Of a stretch of DNA of 64,000 nt, positions 26,586 to 38,640 are shown piece after piece. The translations under genes were made by a program, and so were the position numbers. Source of the DNA: Takakia lepidozioides. Lineage: Eukaryota > Plantae > Bryophyta. A model generated the notes under the pieces. It did not search any database and was not told where the DNA came from. It saw only the letters and a list, made by a program, of their open reading frames with translations. The stretch is from positions 39,928,001 through 39,992,000 of the forward strand of contig CM060733.1 in NCBI GenBank assembly GCA_030704615.1. The letters run 5' to 3'. Position 1 is the first letter of the stretch, and each line of letters begins with the position of its first letter.

Positions 26586-28134
26586 TGCAGCTAGGCAGAC
26601 AGAGATTGACACACGGCCTGCCCCAACCTGCGCGCAACAGAAGAAGACAAGGTGAGCGCGCAGCAGAAGAAGACGAGGACGAGGTCTGCGCGGCGGATAG
26701 GGCTTAGTGCTAGGCGGGGGAAAAAAAAAAAACGTCTCAAAAGGAATTTGAGCACGGGATGCTGTGGCGGGTGAACGATGATCTTACCAGTACGCTACAC
26801 ACTAACATCTATAACACTATCTCAAATATATATATATATTTTAGGACTTTTCCAACCCCTTTGTATATACATAGTCTGTATGTGGGGGTATTTAATAAAC
26901 CCCCTTCTGTTCACGCACGTGATAGGTACATTAAACCTCGGTGCACCCCCCGGCCCTGCCTCTCGCTGGTTGAGTCCGTTCAGTCTGGCAAATCTGCCCG
27001 GTCTTTTGAATGAGGACAGTCTGCTCGGTCTGCCCACTCAGCCCTGAGTCTGCTCAATCTGCCGAGTCTGCTGAGTCTGCCCATTATGCTGAGTCTGCTG
27101 AGTGATGAGTCTTCTGAGTCTGTTGAGTCGTGACTCTGCCGAGTCGGCTGAGTGTAGTGGGACCAGGACCCAACCTACTTGCGAGTCTGTAGAGTTTGCT
27201 GGAGAGGCAATTGGAGTGGTCTGCTGAGAGGACTGCTACCGTGAAACTCATGAGATTCATCTTGCAGGGCGCACTGGAGTGTTGTTGTCATCGACGTGCG
27301 GAAAGGCTACTACACTCACATGAACTCCATCGAGTCTTTGCATGGTTGCCCATATGTTTTGTCATGGATACGGAAGCTGCATGCGGAGTGTTTAGGCTAC
27401 AGTGTTGATTTACCGGGTTGGGAGGAGGTTAGGGCGTTTCAGTTCAACCAGCCTGAAGTGCCCCAACAGCCATTCAGCTGGGAATGCGGGTTTTACGTCA
27501 TGTCATTCATCCAAGGATATTATGAATGGCTACAAACTGGGCATAGTTGAGCCACTTCTAAAAGGGCAGAGAGAAGAGTACCTTTTACAAAACATTGGTT
27601 TACGTTCAAGTTTGCACTTGGCCAACGGATGCATTGTCTTAAGTACATCTTGACTGGTTTGACCGCTGCTGAGAAAGTAGTATCCTCATAGATATCCATC
27701 TGGGCCCGAGATTAGAGATGCACCATAGGACGCATTTGTCATGTAAGCATGCTTTTGAGCATTTGCAACGAAATAAAATATGACTTTGCATACACATCCT
27801 ATTGGTCGCATGTGAGTGTAGTGTGGAGTAGTCGCTGTAGACTTGTGACCAATTCACTGCATGTTGTTAAGCGGACTTACCCCTGCACACACAATCATTT
27901 TGTTTAACATACCAAGGGAGTCCACTGGTCAGCAAACAGCCGAGAGTCAGCAGACTGCCAGAGTACGGGAAGAGGGTATGCCTAGGCTTGTGAGAAGACA
28001 GAGGGCAATGTTGCCAGACTGACGAGAGTCCGACAGACTGAGGAGTTGGAACCAGTCCGGCAGACTGGCAGATGCGATTGGGAACCATGAGTCTGCACTG
28101 GTGAGCAGACTGTCGAGAGAGTCACCGGGCACCT

Positions 28135-30635
28135 CTACAGTACATGAGGTCTCCCATATCTTTCAGCAAGTTTGCGACAGTGATAGGATCTTTGGTTTTT
28201 GCACATGATTGCTTCATCCAAGCCCGCCGGACATGCCAAAGGCATATGAAAATGAGCACTCCTCGAAAAACAGCCCTGCAAAGTACACATGCCCACATGA
28301 GAGACTTCAAAGAGGACTTCGCCGGTGGACTTGGGCACTAACCCAATAGACTGTCTAGTTGACTGGTCTGCCCGTCTATTCCAAACGGATTTAGGCAGCA
28401 GACTCGCCCACTCTGACCTACCATGAGTGTTGCCCTCACGACACCGCCAGCAGACCTGACCACGCTGGCCTCGCAGCGGACTTACGTAAGTGAGTCTTGC
28501 AATGGACTTGGCCAGAGGCATCCCAAATGGATTGGGTTGCCAGCAGACTTCCGAACAGTCCCCTCCGGCGGACTCATCTGCGAGCGGACTTGCTCGACCA
28601 GACTGAGGTCGCAGCAGACTGGTGCACGTGAGTCTTGCAGCGGACTGCTTCCGAACAGTCCCCTCCGGTGGACTCGCCTGCGAGCGGACTTGCTCGACCA
28701 GACTGAGGTCACAACAGACTGGCGCACGTGAGTCTTGCAGCGGTCTGCTTACGAACAGTCCCCTCCGGCGGACCTGCTTGCCAACGGACTTGCTGGACCA
28801 GACTGAGGTCGCAGCAGACTGGCCGGCGTGAGTCTTGCAGCGGACTACTTGAGAACAGTCCCCTCCGGTGGACTGCCCTGCTAGCGGACTTGCCCTTAGG
28901 AGACCAGCAGCAGACTTATCCAGACTTTGCTGGCAGCACACCCGAGCAGACTGACTTTACAGCATACTTGCGCAAGTGAGTCTTCCAGTGGACTTCACTA
29001 GAGGACATTATCAGCGGACTGGTTTGCCAGGAGACTTGCAGAAATGAATGGGCCGGACTTGCAGCCAGGACTGCGTTGTATGGCAGGGGACTTGCCGAAG
29101 AGACAGATAATGGACGCAGACGACGGACTTGCACGCGAGTGTACAGGAGGGTTTGAAACTTACGTAATGGCGTTTATTTCGGCGTCGACATCGTCCACAA
29201 TAAAGGCATTGGGTCGCCAGTCCGGCATTTCTGCGAGGAGAGAGTCCCGCAAGGCTGCCATCCACGGCACCAGGTCTGTTGTCCGCTCGCGCGCGCATAT
29301 GATGTACGCAATTGGTATACCGTTAAGCCACTAGTCGAAGACCATCAACGTGTACAATGGGAACTGTTCAAATGCAGAATGTCAGATGCTGCCAATGTGC
29401 GTACATCCACTACTTCTGCAAGTGGATAAATTGTGAAAGGGATGAAGAGTACATTGTGGTGATTTGTCCCGAAGGTTGCATCGCATGCAACGATACGGGC
29501 ATGGCCTAATTGAAGCATTCGCTTTTTATGTCACTCAGTCTGTATGCCGATTGTGAATATTAAGTCGCCATCGTAGTGCTTGAATGTTGGCGCCAATTTC
29601 TCCTCTTGATAGAAGAAGACCGATTTCGGGTTCTGGTCTTTCCACATGCGGACACTCTCCGCATCGTTGGCATGTTTTTTGAACATTTGCCACGCCCGTT
29701 TCTCGGCCAGGTTGCGCACATCCTGCTCCAGCAAAAAATCGTCCCGTGTCCATGCATCCCCCAACCCGGTGTTGTTCATGATGTGCTCTTTATGTTCCAT
29801 CATGATTTGGGCGACTGACAGGCCTCGGCACAGACACTCCATGACCCATGCTTTCAATTCCTCGCTAATGTGTGGTGCATAGGCGTGGCGAGTGTTCCTG
29901 AACTCAACAGACTTCCCATGACAGGCGTTCCCTTTCGCGTCTGTATGCTCCATATTGTTGTAGTACGTGAGGACACAGATGTCGGGGGCAAGATAGCATT
30001 GCTGGACCTTGAAACAGCACTGACAACCATGCTTGTAAGACTCTCCATATTCCGACTTCTTTCTCCTTGGGCCTTTATGAGGGTGAGATGTTCCAACACC
30101 CACAAGAGGTCCTCCACATTTTAGTTTGGGATCCTCCACTATCGCATTGTTGGTGCGTTTGTCATTTGGACCGTAGCAGCATTGATACCTGGACATAAAA
30201 ATCACAATGGATATCCATCGACTCTGGAAGCATGAAATCACAGAACGTGGGTACGAAAAATGGCAACAGACATGCAATCAGACTACAAAAGGACGATGAG
30301 GATGGAGCACACATGATACTGTTCAGAGAATTGCTGGCTCTCGGCTCTTTTAGCATGCCGGGTTGCATTTTAGTATGGACATTCACCCAAAACTGAGTGG
30401 GGTAGTCCACCAAACTCTCCTCTCCAAGGAGAAAGTCATCAACTCTATCCCACGGTATGCAGGCCTTCAGAACATTCTGTCTGGCACCCATATAACCATA
30501 TTGCGTGTCTCTCTTCCATTGGAGGTCCTTCGTGTTGAAGGGTCCCGGTTTGGGTGTTTGTAAACTTTATCGAAGAGGCTGTATAATCCAACATCCCGTT
30601 TTTAGTATATCATCACCTTCTACTTCCACGTCCAT
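28135..30635 (-). pseudogene. MULE transposase similar to Arabidopsis At4g13970/At1g60560-type SWIM/MULE proteins; spliced, C-terminally truncated
   Basis: IPWDRVDDFLLGE, YQCCYGPND, KHGCQCCFKV, EHTDAKGNACHG, YAPHISEELK, DAESVRMW, FTIGIQTE*, IVACDATFGTN, FPLYTLMVFD*WLNGIPIAY, WRPNAFIVDD, CLWHVRRAW. Stops at 30567, 29531 and ~29331. Confidence 0.85.
28490..28890. repeat. 100-bp tandem repeat, four copies, in a transposase intron
   Basis: gaacagtcccctccgg starts at 28553, 28653, 28753 and 28853. Confidence 0.92.
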
Positions 30636-31414
30636 GCCCTGTACAGTACAGAGGACACGCTTTAAAATCTGCAAGAAACGTGTCCAACGTGCAAAGAGCA
30701 TCAGTGCGCACGTTCGCGGCTGTTGGCAAGTGGCGGACGGCTTTGAATTCATGCCCTAAAAATGGAGGGCTCAGATGACATTTGCGAACGAACGGTCCAG
30801 ATGCAGCATCATCAGTGGATTGGAGGAAAACGGACTCATGGGCGGCGGACTGGCAGGCAGACTATTGGGTGGACTGGCCGGGACTGGCACAGCGGACTGG
30901 CATGGATGGCGCGGATGGGTTTCTCAGAATGGACGATCCAGATCCTTTGGCCGGCGCGGATTGGCAGACTGGGGGCAGCAGACGGGCACAGCGGACTATT
31001 GGGTGGACTTGTGGGGACTAACACAACGGACTGGCGTGCACAGCAGACTGGCGGTTTGGCGGACTGAGGGGAACTGGAGTCACGGGCAGCGGACTGGTGG
31101 GCGGACTGGCCGCGCCGGACTGGGGGCGCGGCGGAGCGCGGGTAGGGGTGCCGCAGGCGCGGCTCGTGGGGCCGCGGCAGCAGGGCGACCGCGCGCAGCG
31201 GCGGGGGGTCCCGGTAGGGGGAGCCGGGCGTCCGTGCGCGGGGCCCACTGGTCAGCTCGCACGTGCGCCATAACGTCCCAATTATTGTAAAATGAGAGGC
31301 TTTTTGCAATCTCCCCTACCGAGGTTTCATATATTAAAATATCCACTTTGCTATTTTCGCGAATTTCTAGTAACCAAAAGTACTATAACTCAAGAACAAA
31401 ATTAACCTAGGGGG

Positions 31415-31443
<29 letters not shown>
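31415..31443 (+). repeat. Poly(A) tract, 29 nt
   Basis: Direct reading of the sequence. Confidence 0.9.
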
Positions 31444-31445
<2 letters not shown>

Positions 31446-32459
31446 TCAAATTCCAAATCTCCCACATGAACGGCCAATCACCGCTCCAAGAAAGCCCAGG
31501 TACCATCTGGATATTATTATGTAGTAAGGTAGTAGATCAGTGCGTGACTCGGTATGGGCTGTGCAGCAATTTGATACTCCCGCACTCTCTCCAGACAGCC
31601 AGCATATCATAATGGCATGTATATGGATAGTATCAGGCACAGGGTTTAGGTTGTGTATTAAGGTACATAACTGAGTCTGCTTATGGGTTAAGCTTTGAGT
31701 CGGGATAATCAATCGCTAGTGGGATAGTTGAATTTAAGCTATGGCCATGTGGGTAGTGGTATGTATATAATGTGAGCAGCTGCATTAAAAGGTTTGACCT
31801 GTAGAAGGGTGTGAGTTGCTGCAACCATGGCCGGTTGTACACAAACCACCCTTTAAGGGTGACAGTTTCTTTGGTATGCTGATATGGGGAGGGATGAGTG
31901 TGGCAGGTGGGGTATGTAGGAGTATACATAGTATACAGCATAGAGTTGGAGAGGAATTGGAATGCCCAAGGTGAACTTCTGGGGAGAGCACATCAGGTGA
32001 TTTGTAATCTTCAGACGTGGTGAATGACATGTGTTTTGTACAAAAGCTTATACTATGACTTGAATTTGTATAATCTGAATAGCATTTTGGTGCCTTCATG
32101 TCCTCCTTGAGTAGCCAGTGGAGCTGAGTGACATGTGGTATGATGCTCAGATCATGTCGCAGGGAGTGTATGCGAGCCTCTTTGTATGATGGGCATGAAT
32201 TTGGGTGGTCAGGGGGCACTGTACATGGAATCTGCACATGTGAATGGATTGGTGGGGTCTGTGGACTGGTATAATATAGGAGGTTCCTTGTATGAAAGGG
32301 AGCAGAGTATGCACAACGCACTCGTTGAGATCATCTTTTTGTACAACAATACTTTTGATAGGCAGTGTGCTAAGATGATGATAGCGGGGTGAGTACGGGG
32401 AGTGCGGTAAGTACCCATTGAATGGCCTGCAATGTCGGGAAGAGAGGGGGGTATAGATC

Positions 32460-33115
32460 AAAACATTTGGATGGGGCAATTTCCCCAGAGTACAGCAGGA
32501 TATGTCACTTTCATGTACAAGTAAAAATATCGTAAAATTCAGCAAGTTTGAATAGTATTGTAGTGCCTCACCATCCCTTCCGAGTAACCAGTAGACCGGA
32601 GTGGTATGGAAAAGAAACCAGTAAACCAGAGTGGCATATATAGGAGTAGAATAAGATGACGGAACATATGGATGGGGCAATTTCCCCAGAGTACAGCATG
32701 ATATGTCACTTTCATGTACAGGAAAAATATCAATTTGTGGTGCATGAAAGAGTAGATCAGTACTTAAATTCAGCAAGTCTGAATGGTATTGTAATGTCTC
32801 CCCATCCCTTCCAAGTATCCAGTAGACCGGAGTGGTATGTAAAAGAAACCGGTAAACCGGAGTGGCATGTATAGGCGTAGAATAAGATGACGGAACATAT
32901 GGATGGGGCAATTTCCCCAGAGCACAGTAGGATATGTCACTCTCATGTACAGTAAAATTATCATGTGGTGTCTGAAAGAGTAGATCCGTACTTAAATTCA
33001 GCCTGAATGTCTGAATGGTATTTTAATGTCTCCAAGTATCCAGCAGACCGGAGTGGTATGTAAAAGAAACCGGTAAACCGGAGTGGCATGTGTAGGAGTA
33101 GAATAAGATGACGGG
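32460..33115. repeat. Degenerate ~200-230-bp tandem repeat, three copies
   Basis: ggatggggcaatttccccagag at ~32469, 32670 and 32901. Confidence 0.85.
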
Positions 33116-35524
33116 CTCAAGTCACGCAATAAGGTACATAGAAGTTTGTTCAACTCATAGTATGCATAGAAGTTTGCATGGGCAGGGGGGAGCTTAATGA
33201 TTTGAACTGAAATAAGTCCAGAAGGAGAGTGGGCTATATGTGGTGACAATGGCTGCAAACTGAAACATAAGGGGGTTGGTGTGCAAGGGAGCAGGGTTTT
33301 GGAAGTATGGCCAGTTATACTGACTCAGCAATTCATGATCTTGGCCCAGGTTGACAACTGCTATGACATACTGCAGGATGCTAAGAGAATAGTAGGAAGA
33401 TGAGTGTGGGTGGGGCAGCAGAATAAAATACAGACTACAACAGTGAAAATAATGTCTGAAACACTGACAGCAGTGAGCCCTGGGGCACTTGGTGAGAGAA
33501 GTCGATATTGATCTGAGTATACTGAGGGCACCGTGCACAGATTTTGTTAACATTCCAACAATTATCTGTTCGTGGTGCATCATATGGTCGTAGTTTTGTG
33601 TAACTCTGACTTTCATTCTCTGTCTGCACTCAAGAACTCCATCTCAAAGCAGCAACCTTTGCCATAGAGTGGTGATCCGACACACTTGAAATAGAGAGCA
33701 TGCCCTTCAGGAAACTGAAGATATATTGTACACTGCAATAGGATCATTTTTCTAGGCAATAGTGAGGTAGTGACATATGGTCTGTACACTTTTTTGTTTG
33801 TCAGCTCCTTGTATTCAGGTTGTAACAGTGGATGTTTGTGTGAACTGAGACTAAGCATTGTTGGGGTGTGGTAGAGCGTGCCCATGCACATCCTTCATCC
33901 ACCATGCCAGACAACGCCACAAGCCACCATTGCATTGAATGCATGTCCTGTTTGCGAAGGATGGTATCCTTACTGGGATGTGGTGGCCCTATCCTGCAGA
34001 TGCACATATCACCCCTACTGTCTTGGAATGCATCTATAGGGCTCAAACAAGTGTGCCCGTGTTTCATGTGGGCAACTCCTCCATCCTGAATGGTGGAAAT
34101 CGTTTGGGTATGGCCCCATGCATATGAAAGGTATTTTCCTTCTTGTGTGTTTTAGTGCTTGCAAAGGGTTTTTCATTTATTTACCAGAATGTTGGCAATG
34201 AACTTCAGTAGGTGCCATGAAATTGATGAGGGGCCCTATCCATCGTTCTGCCCTTGAGGGTGCTTACTGGCTTGTTGTTGAAAGTTTGTAACAGCAATAC
34301 CCAACCAACTTTGCCCTGACTCCAAGAGTTGGCAGGCTCCTTGCTCAGCCAAGTTTCAAGCCCATAAAACACACTGAATTGAATAGTGCATATCTCAGTG
34401 TCCCAACGTGCTAAATGTTTCATGCGCACAGTATTGCGAGACCAGCAATGATCACTCACATACCAGCATGATATATTGCAGAGGGTCTGCCTGGGTTGCA
34501 TTTTCCAGACTGCCGAGCTGGGCACACCAACAGCATCTCGTCGCTTTGTGCGGGGGCGTAGGCAGCAGTGAGCCCTTGGGCACTTGAGGAAAGGAGCTGA
34601 TGTTGATCCGAGTATACTGGGGGCACCGTGCACAGATTCAGTTGACACTTCAAGAGTTATCTGTTCGTGTTGTATCAGTATACACTTGGCGTGTCTTGAG
34701 CAGGTGCCATTAAATTGTTGGGGAGCCTCATCCATCGTTCTGCCCTTGAGGATATTTACTGGCCTATCATTGATAATCCGTGGCAGCAATACCCGGCCAA
34801 CTTTGTCCTGTCTCCGAGTGCTGGCAGGCTCCTTGGGTTCAAAGAAGCAAACCCAAGTCGGGAGGGCTGTTTAGCGTTCGTCTGGGAGGCCATATCTGCT
34901 CGAACTTGATGCGGTGCCAGTCAACTGTAGTGCGCCAAACACATGGACTGCCCTGAATAGCAGTAACTAGCAGCATATCGACTGAGATACGTGATAGCCA
35001 AGGAGAAGACGTCCTGTAGTGCTTCGTCTTGTCGGTAGTGGGATCTTTGTATGCATTGGTAAGAAAATGGCAACAGACCTTGGTGAGCGTATCATGTCGA
35101 CGCTTACTCCAGACATGTTGGAGTTGCTGTCGACCATACCATGTGGGCGGCGCCTGAGAACTCAAACGATGGCTCAAGATGTGCAATTCCACTCCTCCAC
35201 AAACAGCGAGCAGTGGACTGATTCGGGTTGGAAAATCGTCAAGATCGGCGGGTCGAGCTTCTTCAGCTCAAGAAGCACACCAAGGTCGGGGGCCTGGCTT
35301 GCCTTCGAATGCAGAAGTTCGGCTGAGTGAGCAACACATTGTATAGCGTAAAAGTACGATGAGACGTTTTCTTGTGGATGACAATTTGAGGACTAGCTTG
35401 GGAAGCGTTCACATTAAAATGAATACCTAGAGAGCGACGTCGGCAATCTGCCACCTCTGGTCCTTGGCAGATAGACTTTGAAGCTGGAGAACAACTCTCT
35501 GGGAAAGGAGATTGAAGTACTTCT

Positions 35525-35805
35525 GTTCCAGCAGACATATACTGCACATGTTGACGCCGATTAGAGCCTGCAGATGAGAAGGTGCATAGCCCGCAGCGTC
35601 TTTATCCTTCACTATAACGTCCAGCAGACATATACTGCACATGTTGTCGCCGATTAGAGCCTGCAGATGAGAAGGTGCAAAGCCCGCAGCGTCTTTCTCC
35701 TTCATTATAACGTCCAGCAGACATATACTGCACATGTTGTCGCCGATTAGAGCCTGCAGATGAGGAGGTGCATAGCCCGCAGCGTCTTTCTCCTTCATTA
35801 TAACT
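35525..35805. repeat. 93-bp tandem repeat, three copies
   Basis: ccagcagacatatactgcacatgttg at ~35528, 35621 and 35714; reads as a 31-aa repeat on the minus strand. Confidence 0.9.
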
Positions 35806-36334
35806 TGGTTGGTGTATGCGGTGTGGGGAGGTCCTGTCTGGGCCTTGATAAAAAAGCAGTCATTTTGACTGAGCAACTACCTTGAGCCGTAGGAGTGCGA
35901 GCACGTCGTTCACACCACTAAAGTAAGAAAATAAGATATCGGAAGTAGCGCAAGTGGCAGACACAGCCCCATAAGAAAGCAAAAGTTCTTAAGGACAAGC
36001 GCATGGCAGACATACGGGAGAAGAAGCACAGAGAACACAGCTCCGAGCTATGGCGGCGGCCAGGTCTAAAAGATAAAGAGGGAGCTAGGATAGCGGGACT
36101 GCTGCAAAGGAGGAGAAAATGACACTAGATTGCATAGGAAATTAGCAGAAACCTAAAGCGGGAAGATAGCGGAGAAAACAGCGGGAGGGCGGGAGCTCCG
36201 CCCTCCCGCCTCCCTTCAAAACCCTATGACCTCGTATATGAAGCTTAGAAGAAGTAGACTTTATATTAAAAAAAATGGTGGAATATACAGAAAAGCAAAA
36301 CAAAATGGTGAATACGTAAGTTAGACATGTATGC

Positions 36335-36610
36335 CAGTGTTTTTTTTTTTCAAATTTGGAAAAGAACAGGAGTTTTGCAGGAAATAGCCATATTTTTTGC
36401 TCATCCACTGAAATTTGAACAGAATCATCCTCCTCTGTACTTTCATCCATGTATATCATCCATATTAGGCGAATTCATCCAAGATTTGTATTTTTTTTGG
36501 AGAATTTTGGTGATTTCATCCATGAGAAAATAGGGAATTTATGACAGAATATTCGATTCTGATTTTTGAGGTCGAAAAAGTGCGAAATTTCGCCAGAAAT
36601 AAAAACACTG
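36335..36610. mobile_element. hAT-like MITE
   Basis: TIR CAGTGTTTTT...AAAAACACTG; 8-bp TSD ATGTATGC/ATGTATGT (7/8 match). Confidence 0.8.
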
Positions 36611-36829
36611 ATGTATGTCATGTTGTTTTAAAGCAACAAAATTTATTACTCCATATTTTCTCAATTCATGCATTAAGAATACAAAGGGAGTGTGTGCTCC
36701 CTCTTGTTCTGTGCCTGGTCTCTATCCACAAGGCTCCGGCAAACAGCAAACATCGTATGAGTACATTCTCTCATGAACAGCAGATTGATGCTTGTGTTAT
36801 GATGTGTCCGTTCCCTATTGTACATCAAT

Positions 36830-38640
36830 TCACCAGTATTCCTCACAAGAACAAACCCCATTTTCAAAGCGGTGAAAGCGGTTGGCATCCCGTACAAGAA
36901 TTGCTCGCCCAACAATCTTTGAGATAAACTTAGTGGCTGTGTGGCAGTCACCACACACCCGAAGGTTCTTGATGACACGAAGAGGCGTGCCTGGGGCTGT
37001 GCTGATCAACCCAAAGGCAATGGCCAGCTTCTCACAGTGAAGGCAGAGAAAACTCATTTTTTGCTCCTCCTCCACATTATGCAACACAAAGCGTGTGTCA
37101 GGCACATACCCTGCCTCCTCCATCTGTCGAGACAGCCTTCTCAGCTCAACATAGATTTCCTCAATTTGTGGATCTCTATGTAGCAGGAACCAGGCTGCTT
37201 TCGGACACCTCTGATTTTCATCATTTTTCTTTTTGCAGTATCATCCCACCTGCCAGCTGCGGCATAGATATTTGATAGCATCACATAAGTAGTAGCATCC
37301 TGTCGACCCCACTTGAGAATAGATTTAGCCGCACATTCTGCCACCTCCACATTCCCATGAATTCTGCAGGCACCAAGCAAGGCTTTCCACACCACCACAT
37401 TTGGGGGGACTGGCATTTCGTTAATGAAGTCCTCAACCTCATCCAATTGCCCCGCACGGCCAAGATGTAGCCAAAGTGCTCCACTATACGAGTGAGGCCA
37501 TGATCTCGACTCAGGGAATCGAAGTAGTGTCTGCCTTCATCCACTAGGCCCCCATGGCTACATGCTTGGAGAACACTTATAAAGGTGATATTATTTGGCT
37601 TGAAACCTTCTTTTTACATACCTTCAAAACAGTTGCAGGGCTTCCCTACGACAACCATGTTGGGCATATCCTGCAATCATTGCACTCCATGAAACCACAT
37701 TTCGTTCAGCCATTTTGTCAAACACTCCCTTTGCATCCTTGATGCTCCCACATTTAGCATACATGTCCATGAGGGCAGTGTCCAGAATGACACCTGGTAC
37801 AATTCCAGCTTTCATGATGTCAGCGTGGACTTCTTTACCCTTTTCGAGAGCTGCCAAGCAGGCACAAGCATTGCAAGCAAAAACAAACGTAACCTGGTCA
37901 GGCTTCGCCCACTCCTGCATCATTTGTTCATAGGTCCCCAAAGTCTCCATCCAGCACCCATGCTGGGCATATCATTTTATCATCGCATTCCAGGACACCA
38001 AATTTCGTTCAGCCATTTTTGTCAAAGACTCCCTTTGCATCTTCGATGCTCCCGCATTTTTCATACATGTCCACAAGGGTACTGTTCAGAATGGAATCTG
38101 GTACAATTCCAGTTCTCAAGATGTCAGTGTGGACCTCTTTGCCTTTTTCTAGGGCTACCAAGCTCGCACACACATTGCAAAGGCAGACAAACGTGACCTG
38201 GTTGGGCTTCACCCCTTGCCACATCATTCGGTCATAGGTCCCCAAAGCCTCCATCCCACACCCATGTTGGGCGTATCCTGCAATCATTGCACTCCATGAC
38301 ACCATATTTTGTTCAGCCATGTTGTCGAACACTCCCTTTGCATCCTCAATGCTCCCGCATTTGGCATACATGTCCACAAGGGCAGTGTCCAGAATGACAC
38401 ATGGTACAATTCTAGCTTTCTTGATGTCAGCATGGACCTGTTTGCCTTTTTCCAGGGCTGCCAGGTTTGCACATGCATTATATATGCAACCGAACGTGAC
38501 CTGGTTGGGCTTCACCCCTTCCCGCATCATCTGCTCATAGGTCTCCAAAGCCTCCATCCCAAACCCATGTTGGACATATCCTGCAATCATCGCACTCCAT
38601 GACACCACATTTTGTTTAGCCATTTTGTCAAAGACTAACA
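36830..38640 (-). pseudogene. PLS-E-DYW PPR gene copy 1 (frameshifted)
   Basis: ORFs 38009-38677, 37624-37950, 37281-37544, 37141-37446 and 36830-37123 give P-L-S repeats, L2/S2, E1/E2 and a DYW domain (HCEKLA...CGDCH...CSCEEYW) in shifting frames. Confidence 0.92.

Larger units (their letters stand above)
20671..26954 (-). mobile_element. P-element-like DNA transposon with cargo, nested in the Ulp1 intron of MULE-1
   Basis: Perfect 8-bp TSD CCTGCCTC (20663-20670 and 26955-26962). Termini CCCAGGGGGTGCAC / GTGCACCCCCCGGC, with further imperfect inverted subterminal matches (atcacgt.cgt, aatacccc). Confidence 0.85.
15305..27691 (+). pseudogene. MULE accessory gene: C2H2-like zinc finger, Q/T-rich repeats, uncharacterised domain, C-terminal Ulp1-like (C48) protease
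   Basis: HCPFCSEIIKDKVQLNRHCI*HG at ~15480-15550. The exon ending HHIIVPIVE(ga|gtaag, ~20596) splices in frame to (ttgcag|g, ~27268) AHWSVVVIDVRKGYYTHMNS...VPQQPFSWECGFYVMSFIQ. Several premature stops (15542, 17111, 27548). That all upstream pieces belong to one gene is inferred. Confidence 0.7.
12737..31300. mobile_element. Large Mutator-like element (MULE-1), ~18.5 kb, ~400-bp TIRs, decayed
   Basis: Left end GCCTCTCATTTTACAATATTTGGGACATTATGGC (12737-~13150) is the inverted repeat of ~30901-31300. It encloses a MULE transposase (minus) and a convergent Ulp1 gene (plus). No TSD found (cgtgtatat vs tttttgcaa). Confidence 0.85.

Noticed and set aside
28490-28890. Regularly spaced repeats resembling a CRISPR array
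   Set aside because: Whole 100-bp units repeat with no unique spacers, there are no cas genes, and the context is a eukaryotic intron.
12728-31309. TSD for MULE-1
   Set aside because: The flanks cgtgtatat and tttttgcaa do not match, so the boundary rests on the TIRs only.
35427-35876. 149-aa ORF with CSIC repeats as a zinc-finger gene
   Set aside because: The ORF is kept open by a 93-bp tandem repeat and lacks a complete RING or zinc-finger ligand set.
31305-36327. Possible solo LTR (TG...CA)
   Set aside because: No TSD, PBS or PPT; the termini could be chance.
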